Below, one piece after another: positions 39,654 through 48,643 of a stretch of 64,000 nt of DNA. Positions within the stretch are counted from its first letter, which is position 1; the number at the start of each line of letters is the position of its first letter. Below the pieces are notes generated by a model. It saw nothing but the letters and a program-made list of their open reading frames with translations. It did no database searches and was not told where the DNA came from. Made by a program: the position numbers and the translations under genes. Source of the stretch: an uncultured delta proteobacterium (GTDB lineage: Bacteria; Desulfobacterota; Desulfobacteria; Desulfobacterales; JAFDCJ01); NCBI GenBank assembly GCA_963769935.1, contig CAVYNY010000010.1:192001-256000 (forward strand), in the 5' to 3' direction.

Positions 39654-39740
39654 AACCGCTACAAGTCAATTCTCTGTCAGGAAGAAGTCTCTCTCAAGGA
39701 ACTGGTCCGTTACATCCATCTCAACCCATTGCGTGCAGGA
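39654..39740 (+). pseudogene. Fragment of a REP-associated tyrosine (Y1/HUH) transposase
   Basis: Manual translation gives NRYKSILCQEEVSLKELVRYIHLNPLRAG, matching the RYKS...YIHLNP.RAG RAYT motif. No start or HUH part is present. Confidence 0.85.
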
Positions 39741-39768
39741 ATTAAGGAGACTGTTCAAGCTGGAGAAA

Positions 39769-40734
39769 TTAAAGGTTGATCTGCCAGCAGCGGTGGCTGG
39801 CTTTTTTCTTGCTGCGGTAGTCTTCGGGAATCGTGAGATCGGTTATATCCTTCACAGCGGCAACCTTCAGATCGTCGGTGCGCAGCGTGAAGTCCTGGTG
39901 GTTGGTGGAAAAAAAGATGACTGCCCCTGCTCTCATCACGTCGATCACGGCGCGCAGCAGGGTGGGGTGATCCCGGACGATGTCGAAGGCCGCATTATGG
40001 ATCCGGGTGGTGGAATAGGACGGGGGGTCCACCACGGCAAGGTCGAAGGCCTGGCCCCGACGTTTGGCGGTTTTTAAAAAATCCACCGTGTCTGCCTGCA
40101 CCAGACGGTTTGTGACAACAGAAATCCGGTTGAGTTGCATGTTCTGCCGGGCCCACTGAATCGCGGTTTTCGACCGGTCCACCGACAGGGTCGTCCGGGC
40201 TCCGCCCGTCGCGGCATAACACGAAAAGGTCGCGGTGTAACAGTAGAGGTTGAGAAAGTCTTTGCCCGCGGCCATTTCCCGGACCATCTGCCGGGTGTTG
40301 CGGTGGTCGGCAAACAGCCCGGTGTCCACGAAATCGTAAGGGTTGACGTAGAACTTGAGGTCCCGTTCGGCCACCACGAACTTCCGGTTGGTGTGATCGA
40401 TGCGTTCGTAGCGTTTGCCGTCCTGCTTGCCGGCGCGCCGTCGCTTGAGGTGAACTTTATCCGGAGGCACGCCGAGAGCTTCAGCCACGGCCTGCCCCAT
40501 GGCCGGCAGCCATTCCGGCACAGATTGCCGCCGCATGTATTCCCCGATCACGAGGTGGCCGCCGTACCAGTCAACCACTGCACGAATTTCCGGGATGTCC
40601 CAATCGTAGAGCCGAAAAACTTCGATGCGCTGCCTGTCAAACCGCTTGTACAGATGGTTGAAGCGCTTCTTTACCCGGTTGGCAAGCATCTGGCCCTGGC
40701 TCCGGAGGGGTTCCGGAATGTCGTGTTCCGCCAT
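39769..40734 (-). CDS. Class I SAM-dependent rRNA methyltransferase (RlmK/RlmI-like)
   Basis: FRLYDWDIPE, DTGLFADHR, FLNLYCYT, VVDPPSYS. Confidence 0.88.
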   Translation of the reverse strand: MAEHDIPEPLRSQGQMLANRVKKRFNHLYKRFDRQRIEVFRLYDWDIPEIRAVVDWYGGHLVIGEYMRRQSVPEWLPAMGQAVAEALGVPPDKVHLKRRRAGKQDGKRYERIDHTNRKFVVAERDLKFYVNPYDFVDTGLFADHRNTRQMVREMAAGKDFLNLYCYTATFSCYAATGGARTTLSVDRSKTAIQWARQNMQLNRISVVTNRLVQADTVDFLKTAKRRGQAFDLAVVDPPSYSTTRIHNAAFDIVRDHPTLLRAVIDVMRAGAVIFFSTNHQDFTLRTDDLKVAAVKDITDLTIPEDYRSKKKASHRCWQINL

Positions 40735-41009
40735 GTCGAAAGTGTCTCTTAAATCTTTTTGAAAAAAAGTATGATCAATACAATCCGTGTCTTGCGCATA
40801 ACACTTGGGACGCAACACTAGCAGGATTGGGAGGTCCTGTCAATTAAACTCGCCGATCGGCGTGCCGACACAGCCGGCTTGCAACCTGCCGAAACGTGAT
40901 CCATATTGACACACAGCCACCTTCCTGGCATATTCAGACCTTCAAAAAAAAGACGATCTTTTAACTTTGAAAGACACGGTACCCGTCAATGGTACCGGGG
41001 AGGCGCATC

Positions 41010-42695
41010 ATGAGTCAGCAACCGGACAAAATCATCTGCTCCATGGTACGGGTGAGCAAATATTACAACAAAAAGCCCGTCTTGCAGGATATATCACTGT
41101 CGTACTTTTACGGCGCCAAAATCGGGGTGCTGGGGCTTAACGGGTCGGGCAAAACTTCGTTTCTGCGCATCATGGCCGGCGTGGATACCGAATTCAACGG
41201 CGAAATGATCATGGCCCCCGGATACACGGTCGGGTACCTTGAGCAGGAACCGGTCCTGGACGAAAGCAAGACCGTGCGGGAGATCGTGGAGCAAGGGGTC
41301 CAGGAATCCGTAGACTTGCTGGAAGAATTCAACCGGATCAACACCCAATTTGCCGAGCCCATGTCCGAGGAAGAGATGAACCGTTTGATCGAACGGCAGG
41401 GTGAAGTCCAGGAGAAACTGGACGCCCTGGATGCATGGGATTTGGACGCCCGGCTGGAGATGGCCATGGATGCCCTGCGCTGCCCGGAGGGCGACACACC
41501 GGTCAAAATTCTCTCCGGCGGTGAACGGCGCCGGGCGGCGCTGTGCCGCCTGCTGCTGCGGCGACCCGACATTCTGTTGCTGGACGAACCCACCAACCAT
41601 CTGGACGCCGAAACGGTTGCCTGGCTCGAGCATCATTTGCAGCAGTACCCGGGGACGGTCATTGCCGTCACCCATGACCGCTATTTCCTCGACAATGTGG
41701 CCGGATGGATCCTGGAACTTGACCAGGGGCGGGGCATCCCATGGAAAGGCAACTACTCTTCCTGGCTGGCACAAAAACAGGAGCGTCTGCGCCAGGAAGA
41801 AAGCGCGGAGAGCCAGCGCCGCAAAACGCTGCAGCGGGAGCTGGAGTGGATCCACATGACCCCGCAGGCGCGGCAGACCAAGTCCCGCGCCCGCATCAAG
41901 GCCTATGAACGACTGCTGTCCCATGAAAGCGCGGCCCGGGCCAAAGAACTCGAGATCTACATTCCCCCCGGACCGCGCCTCGGTGACGTGGTGGTTGAGG
42001 CCCGGACCGTAGCCAAGGGCTATGGAAACCAGCTGCTGATGGAAAACCTGAACTTTTCGCTGCCGCCGGGCGGGATCGTCGGCGTGATCGGACCCAACGG
42101 CGCCGGCAAGACCACGCTGTTTCGTATGATCACCGGACAAGAGACCCCGGATTCAGGCCGGTTCAGAACCGGAGACACCGTGCGCTTGGCTTATGTCGAC
42201 CAGTCCCGGCAAAGCCTGGATCCCGCAAAAACCCTCTGGGAGGTCATATCCGGGGGCGACGACATGGTTGTGCTCGGGGGAATCACCGTCAAGTCCCGGG
42301 CCTATGCGGCCCGCTTCAATTTCACCGGGCCGGACCAGCAGAAAAAAGTGAGCATGCTCTCCGGGGGCGAGCGCAACCGTGTGCATCTGGCCTGTATGCT
42401 CAAAGAAGGCGCCAACGTCATTCTGCTGGACGAACCCACCAACGATCTCGACGTCAACACCATGCGGGCCCTGGAAGAGGCCCTGGAAAACTTTGCGGGC
42501 TGTGCCGTGGTGATCAGCCACGACCGATGGTTTCTGGATCGCATTGCCAGCCACATCCTGGCCTTCGAGGGGGAAAGTCGCGTGGTCTGGTTCGAAGGGA
42601 ATTATTCGGATTACGAGGCGGACCGCAAACGGAGGCTGGGCGCCGAAGCAGATCGCCCCCACCGGATCAAATACCGCCAGTTGACGCGGGGTTGA
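41010..42695 (+). CDS. ettA: Energy-dependent translational throttle ABC-F protein
   Basis: GAKIGVLGLNGSGKT, LSGGERRR, LQRELEW, IYIPPGPRLG and C-terminal PHRIKYR. RBS GGAGG. Confidence 0.95.
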   Translation: MSQQPDKIICSMVRVSKYYNKKPVLQDISLSYFYGAKIGVLGLNGSGKTSFLRIMAGVDTEFNGEMIMAPGYTVGYLEQEPVLDESKTVREIVEQGVQESVDLLEEFNRINTQFAEPMSEEEMNRLIERQGEVQEKLDALDAWDLDARLEMAMDALRCPEGDTPVKILSGGERRRAALCRLLLRRPDILLLDEPTNHLDAETVAWLEHHLQQYPGTVIAVTHDRYFLDNVAGWILELDQGRGIPWKGNYSSWLAQKQERLRQEESAESQRRKTLQRELEWIHMTPQARQTKSRARIKAYERLLSHESAARAKELEIYIPPGPRLGDVVVEARTVAKGYGNQLLMENLNFSLPPGGIVGVIGPNGAGKTTLFRMITGQETPDSGRFRTGDTVRLAYVDQSRQSLDPAKTLWEVISGGDDMVVLGGITVKSRAYAARFNFTGPDQQKKVSMLSGGERNRVHLACMLKEGANVILLDEPTNDLDVNTMRALEEALENFAGCAVVISHDRWFLDRIASHILAFEGESRVVWFEGNYSDYEADRKRRLGAEADRPHRIKYRQLTRG

Positions 42696-42744
42696 CCTGA
42701 ATCACCTCCCAGCCTTGCTTGGCAATGAATTCGCGAAATACGAT

Positions 42745-43068
42745 TCAGCGCTGCGCCGATCGCGGCGCTTTGCCGGCCAGCGGATTGTAGAGCTTCATAA
42801 TGGCGAATTTCATCACGTCCAGGGTTTTCATGTCCGTGATGATGCCCAGCAGCTTGTCTTCGGCTTCAGGCGGAAGCACACAGGCGTTCTTCGAATCGAA
42901 ATTCAACCCGGGAAAACCCTTGACGAGCTTCCTCTGGTCCTTCTGGCTCATCGCCACTTGCACAGCTTTTTTTCCGTCAATCTCGACGATCTTGTCCGCC
43001 ATGCCGGCGTCCTCAATTTTCTTTAGTTTGTCGTCTTTCAGAAACACGTTGATAGTGAAGTCTCCCAT
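42745..43068 (-). CDS. Hypothetical protein (107 aa)
   Basis: RBS GGAGG and a clean ORF. Confidence 0.75.
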   Translation of the reverse strand: MGDFTINVFLKDDKLKKIEDAGMADKIVEIDGKKAVQVAMSQKDQRKLVKGFPGLNFDSKNACVLPPEAEDKLLGIITDMKTLDVMKFAIMKLYNPLAGKAPRSAQR

Positions 43069-43207
43069 GTGACGGCCTCCCTTTCGAGTTTTATTTTTTC
43101 TTATGACTCCTAAACACGTCGCTGCGAAATGAGTTGATACTTATTCGAGACCAAGGCGCAAGTCAAGTGCCAAGTCAAACAAAAGAGCAGGACGCGCTAT
43201 TTCCTTT

Positions 43208-44194
43208 TCAAGCCAGATAGTCTTGTCTGTGCAGTCGTCCCCGAATTTCATGGCCCATCAAAAAGTTTTTCACGTTTACCAAAGCGCTTCGGGTTGCGTG
43301 TGACATGGCCCCCGGCACGTGATCGGCGCAATGCGGCGAACCGATGATGTTCGGCAATTCGAAAAATGGAAATTCAGGCTTGAATGGCCCCGGCTCGACG
43401 GGTTCCGACCACCAGGTATCGATGCCGGCCCGGAATTCCGGATGTGTTTTCAGGTGATCGTAAAGCGCCTTTTGATTGACAACATCTCCCCGGCCGACAT
43501 TGATCAAAATGGCATCTTCCTTCATCCAGTTCAGTTCTTTTTTTCCGATCATATCCCGGGTGGCGCGGGTCAGCGGCGTAGCCAAGACTACCACGTCGGA
43601 TGCTTCCAAAACCTTTCTCAGATCATCCTCCGTGCCGATAAAATCAACCGGGGCCTCGGTTTGGCCGCTGCGGTTTAAGCCGTAAATGTGCATGCCCATC
43701 GCCTGCATGGCTCCGGCAATCTTTCTTCCGTTGCCGCCGAATCCGACAATGCCGCAGATGCCGCCTCTAAGCTCCTGGTTAAAACCGGTTCGATCGAATT
43801 TGCCATCCTGCAATAATTTATTTTTGGGTACCAGCTTTTTGGCCAGAGCCAGGGTCAGGGCCAAAACATGCTCGGCAATGGGTCCGGCGAACGCCCCGAC
43901 ATTGCCGGCCAAAATAATACCGGCCGGGATATGCTCAAATGGGATCTTGTCTGCGCCGGCATAGATAAGCTGAATGAAGCGTGTGTTTTGAAGCATCGGT
44001 ATTTCTTCGGAAGTAATCTCATTTCCAGAAAAACTTAAGGCAACAACAATCTCTGCGGCTTTAAGCAGTCGGTTTCGATTGCTCTCGGATTCTTCCTTGA
44101 GATAATAAACTGGTGCCAGATTTTCTAATACTTCCCGATAAATATCCCTCTCTTCGGCACCAGGTTGGTAAATCACTAAAATGTTTTTGCTCAT
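43208..44194 (-). CDS. D-isomer-specific 2-hydroxyacid dehydrogenase family protein
   Basis: GIVGFGGNG, PLTRATR, INVGRG, GIDTWW.EP, SPHCA. Confidence 0.9.
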   Translation of the reverse strand: MSKNILVIYQPGAEERDIYREVLENLAPVYYLKEESESNRNRLLKAAEIVVALSFSGNEITSEEIPMLQNTRFIQLIYAGADKIPFEHIPAGIILAGNVGAFAGPIAEHVLALTLALAKKLVPKNKLLQDGKFDRTGFNQELRGGICGIVGFGGNGRKIAGAMQAMGMHIYGLNRSGQTEAPVDFIGTEDDLRKVLEASDVVVLATPLTRATRDMIGKKELNWMKEDAILINVGRGDVVNQKALYDHLKTHPEFRAGIDTWWSEPVEPGPFKPEFPFFELPNIIGSPHCADHVPGAMSHATRSALVNVKNFLMGHEIRGRLHRQDYLA

Positions 44195-44277
44195 AACACT
44201 GCTTATTATGCTTTACTAACCTATTTGCTGTTTAACCCCTTCAATCGACTTCAGCGATTCCAAATGTCTAAATTTAT

Positions 44278-44369
44278 CCCGTGAAATACATGGTCATGTC
44301 AGCGAAGCGGATTTCACTGGGACCATCCAAACTCTCTAAACCATCTAAACGATCACAACGAACTAAATC
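44278..44369. repeat. REP-like palindrome followed by a 9-mer tract
   Basis: CCCGTGAAAT...ATTTCACTGGG, then ACCATCCAA ACTCTCTAA ACCATCTAA ACGATCACA ACGAACTAA. Confidence 0.55.
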
Positions 44370-44370
44370 C

Positions 44371-45681
44371 TCATTTTAGATTGCAAAGTCTTTTAACAAT
44401 ATCCCCAAAGACCTCTGTTCCCTTTATCATGTTGGCTACCGATATTCTTTCATCGATGCCGTGAATCCGGTTGAGGTCCTCGCTGCTGATCAACATTGGG
44501 CACACGCCGTAGCAGGAAATTCCTTTGTTTCTGAAAAACCGGGAATCGGAGGCACCAAGCAGAAGCGAGGCCACAGTCAGAGCACCCGGAAAGTGATCCA
44601 GATAAGCATTTTTTATGATCGAAAACTCTTCGGTATCCGTCACAGATTCGCTGGCCCAGTCTTTATTGACCGTTTCGACCTTGATGTTATCATCCGCCAG
44701 CATTTTCTTGATAGCGGCAATGACGGCATCCGGATTCGTGCCGGGCAATAATCGAATGTCAAATTCGGCTTCTGCCGAACTGGGTATCACATTAATTTTA
44801 TCCCCGGCGCGCATCCTGTTTAAACTGAACGTATTTCTCAGCATAGCAGATATTTGAGGGACATTGATCATGCCGCTCTGGGTTAAAACCTCGATGAGTG
44901 TTTCCTGTTTTCCATCCTCTAAAAAGGGTTTCAGAAACTCCCACTCGGTCCCCAGCTGTTTAATAAACTCAGCGATCAGGGGGGTGACGACAAGCGGATT
45001 CACTTCTGTCAGAACCCGGTTCAAAGCCTGGACCATCTTTTCCAGGGCATTATCACCATGCGGCGTGCTGCCGTGTCCGGCTGGTCCGGTGCAGGTCAGT
45101 TTAACCTGGCATACGCCTTTTTCGGCAGTTGCAATCATGAGAAGTGGCCGATTGGGAAACATATTATCGATTCCAAATCCGCCTTCATTAAGGACCAGGT
45201 CAGCCTGAAATTCATCGGCATAATTGTCCAATAGATATTGCGCGCCTCGTCCCCCGCCGCTCTCCTCATCCGCCACCGCCAGAAACATAATATCACGGCA
45301 GGGGGTAAGTCTTCTTCTCTTTCACCTCCAGAAAAGCAAGCAACTCCAGGATGCCGAGGCTTTTCATATCCAGGGCGCCCCGGCCGTAAATAAAGCCGTC
45401 TTTTATCTCACCGCTGAATGGATCAACACTCCACTCCTCAGCCCTGGCCGGTACGACATCGATGTGATTCAGTAGAATACCAGCGCTCCTTTTTCTCCGG
45501 TCCCGGGTAACACCGCCTTGATCGAACGGCGCCCGGGGGATGCTTCATAAACTTTGTAGTCAATCCCTTCTTTTTTGAATATCCCGGCAAAAAAATCGAC
45601 CCCTTTATCCTCATTGCCGGGGGGGTTCGTCGTGTCAATTTGCAGATACTGTGACAGCAATTCAACGGCTTCGTGTTTCAT
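44371..45681 (-). CDS. M20-family peptidase/acylase with two frameshifts (about 45480 and 45315)
   Basis: Pieces read [10 protein letters not shown] / LNHIDVVPA...YGRGALDMK / ADEESGG, NEGG, GHGS, HGIDERI in three frames. Confidence 0.85.
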
Positions 45682-45752
45682 AGCAATTTCTTAGCTTAAG
45701 GTGATCCGGTTGCAATATGGCGTCGTCAAAGAGGTATCGGCAACAGTTAACA

Positions 45753-45857
45753 TATGACTAAAATGATCTAAGATGCCTAAAATGAACGATGTTGATCATT
45801 TTTATGAATGAGCCCCCAATTCCTATCACTATGAGCTACGAACTATCAGCTATGAGC
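45753..45857. repeat. 9-mer tract plus TATGAGC heptamer tract
   Basis: ATGACTAAAATGATCTAAGATGCCTAAAATG, and TATGAGC TACGAAC TATCAGC TATGAGC at 45830-45857. Confidence 0.65.
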
Positions 45858-45939
45858 TCATATCATCCAGCATCAAGGATCTTTCATTATGGTAAAAAAA
45901 ATATCAACCACCGACAACCAGAGTGAATATCTGAAGTCA

Positions 45940-46835
45940 CTATCCGTTCAGAAGACTCGCCTTTACCAATATCTCCCTGATTTCCGACTTTTCCTTTTCG
46001 GACGCCGGCAGAAGCGGCGGGCGGGGTTCTCCGCCGAAATAGCCCAGCATATCCATGGCGGCCTTCAGGCCGGGGACGCCATAGGTGGCCGTTATGGCCT
46101 GATTGACCGGGATCATTTTAAGCTGCAGTTTTTTAGCCGCTTCAAAATTACCTTCTTTTACCAGCTCATATATTTCGACACACTGCCGCGGTGCGACATT
46201 GGCCAGGGCCAGCACGCCCCCGACACAGCCCAAAGCGAGGGCGCCGAATAAAGCGCCGGCGGTGCCGACCAGCAAATCGAAATTCGCATGGACATGATTT
46301 GCAAATTCACCCAGCTGAATCACATTGCCGGTGCTGTCTTTGATACCGACAATGTTGGCATGGCCCGATAACTCGGCGACCAGTTTGCAGGACATGTTCA
46401 CATGGGTAAATTTGGGAACATTGTACAACAAAATCGGGATCGGGGAATGATCGGCAACGGCTGTGAAGTAAGCCAGTAGCGCCGTTTCATTCATTCGACC
46501 GCCGAAATAGTGCGGCGTAACCACCAGCGCCGCATGGGCACCGAGCCCGGCACAATCACAGGTCAGATCAATGGTTTCTTTAGTTGATTCACAACCGGTG
46601 CCGGCAATAACCAGCATATGGTCCGGCGTCAATTCAACAGTCTTTTCAACGAGTTTTCTTTTTTCATCTGCCGCTAAGTAAACATACTCCCCGTTGGAAC
46701 CCATCACAACCAGGCCCTTAAGTCCGGTCCTGCTCCATTTTTCAATGTTGGCTGCCAGCCCATCATAGGCGATATTGCCGTTTATAAAAGGTGTGGGGAT
46801 GGGGGGAAAATTCCGTGTAAATCAATTTTGGACAT
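45940..46835 (-). CDS. DapA-family aldolase, 4-hydroxy-2-oxoglutarate aldolase-like, frameshifted in the G6 run at 46801-46806
   Basis: Adding one base gives MSKIDLHGIFPPIPTPF joined to GLVVMGSNGEY, LLYNVP and IVGIKDS. Confidence 0.85.
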
Positions 46836-47133
46836 TCTAAAATTCCTTTGTTGAATTCCGAGAGTAACTTGCCATACTCAAAAATAGAGATAAAAAAACA
46901 CAAGGTGAAAAAATAGTGTCAGGTGTCGGTCCTTCGCCGCGCCGCAGCGGTTTCGGCCGCGCAGGCGGGTGTCTGAGTGAAAAAACGCAACTAATTTAAC
47001 CAAGGCAGTTTCCCGTGAAAATCCGGGACAAGAATGGCAGATGGTTCAGGGTCGAACTCCGCTTTGTGAAAAATGAGCAAATTTCATGATGACCATCTCA
47101 ACCATCTTAACGCCGACAGACTTCCCAAACGTC

Positions 47134-48393
47134 TTAACCAACCTGGTGATTCAAACCGGCCACCACCTGGGAAATATGACAGACTTTGGTCTTCAGCTCA
47201 TGCCGGCGAATGCCGTAGGACAACTGAATCATGCATGCCGGACAGGAAGTCACCAGCAAATCCGCATCGGTTTTTTTGAGATTTTCCATTTTCCGATCCA
47301 GCACCCTCTGGGACAGCTCATAATGGGAGAGTGCATAGGAGCCGGCTCCGCCGCAGCACCAATCCGCTTCGGGAAGCTCTCTATACTCAACACCTTCAAT
47401 TTTTTTAAGAATCTCTCGCGGTTCTTTGGTGATCTTTTGCCCGCGCGATGCATGGCAGGGATCATGATAGGTGACGACCACCGGAGCCTGCTTTTTTGCC
47501 GCCAGGTTGTCATTTGAAAATATCAACTCCACCGCATCCCGAAAACGCGGGGCTATATTTTCCGCCTGCGCCTGGCGTTCGTCGCCGGCAAAGATAGCCG
47601 GATATTTTTTCAAAAAGGATGCACAGCTTGAGCAATCCGTAACAATGACATCAAAATTATCGGAGGATAAGACATCCAGGTTTTTTGCGGCCAGCTTTTT
47701 GGCAGCGTCCAGGTCGCCATAGGAATGGGCCGGCAAACCGCAACAGCAATTATTCAGCAGAGTAACCGTTTTACCGATTTTTTTCAATAGCTGCAGCGTG
47801 GCTTCACCGGCTTCCTGTTGAATGACATCGACACCGCAGCCCACAAAGTAGCCGATGTGCTGCGTCTCTCCGCTGCCTTCGTAAACTCCGGGTTTGATGC
47901 GATCCCTAAACGGCAAGGGCGGAAGCTTTTCAATGATGCCTTCGGCCCGGGCAAAATCGCGGCCGAAAACCCGCAGCAGGCCCAGGGCGCGGGCCAGGCT
48001 GGATACGCCCGTGTTTTTCCCCAGCGCAACGGCGCGCGCCGCCAGATGCAACCGGCGGGGATAGGGTAGCAGATAATCAAAGAGCATCTTGTGAATAGGT
48101 TTGCGGTCAACCTTTTCAAGATATTCTGACCGGGCTTTAATCACCAGATCGGATGTGGGAACGGCCGGAAAGCAATTGGCCGTGCAGGCCCCACAACCCA
48201 GACAGTCAAAGAGCGGATCTTCGAGCTCTTTGTTCCAATCCAAACGCCCTTCGATGAGGGCCCGCAAAAGGGCCAGCCGGCCGCGGGCAACGCCGGATTC
48301 ATGACCGGTGGATCGAAATATCGGACAGGCAACCTGGCAGAAACCGCACTTGTTGCACTGTGAAATTTCATCATAGTATTTAGATATGTCCAT
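47134..48393 (-). CDS. glcF: GlcF-like Fe-S subunit (two 4Fe-4S motifs plus CCG domains)
   Basis: CNKCGFCQVACP, CLGCGACTANC, CCCG, YHDPCH, WCCGGAG, TSCPAC. Confidence 0.8.
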   Translation of the reverse strand: MDISKYYDEISQCNKCGFCQVACPIFRSTGHESGVARGRLALLRALIEGRLDWNKELEDPLFDCLGCGACTANCFPAVPTSDLVIKARSEYLEKVDRKPIHKMLFDYLLPYPRRLHLAARAVALGKNTGVSSLARALGLLRVFGRDFARAEGIIEKLPPLPFRDRIKPGVYEGSGETQHIGYFVGCGVDVIQQEAGEATLQLLKKIGKTVTLLNNCCCGLPAHSYGDLDAAKKLAAKNLDVLSSDNFDVIVTDCSSCASFLKKYPAIFAGDERQAQAENIAPRFRDAVELIFSNDNLAAKKQAPVVVTYHDPCHASRGQKITKEPREILKKIEGVEYRELPEADWCCGGAGSYALSHYELSQRVLDRKMENLKKTDADLLVTSCPACMIQLSYGIRRHELKTKVCHISQVVAGLNHQVG

Positions 48394-48430
48394 TAAGAAT
48401 CCATTCCTTATTTCAAAATCAGCAAGCTTA

Positions 48431-48585
48431 GGGTTCACGAAAAAATTAATTCACAGTTTTGGCGTTGAGGCGCCCGCCCGGCAAGGCGCGAAAACGCAGG
48501 AATATCTGGATATTCCGAGCTTTCGCAACGCAGCCGGGCGGGATGCAGCGGCGTATAAAATGTGAAGTTATTTTTGAGTGAGCCC
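48431..48585. mobile_element. 155-bp MITE-like element with imperfect 25-bp terminal inverted repeats and a TTA target duplication
   Basis: TIRs are 20/25 identical. TTA at 48428-48430 and 48586-48588. Nested stems CCCGCCCGGC/GCCGGGCGGG and GGAATATC/GATATTCC. Confidence 0.85.
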
Positions 48586-48643
48586 TTAGCCGGCTTAACT
48601 CTCAATCCGATACCCTTCGCGCTATGCTCTTTGCGCTATGCGC

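Noticed and set aside
18864..42140. Long antisense ORFs (e.g. 18864-20099, 23132-24277, 41094-42140)
   Set aside because: Shadow frames of well-supported genes on the opposite strand.
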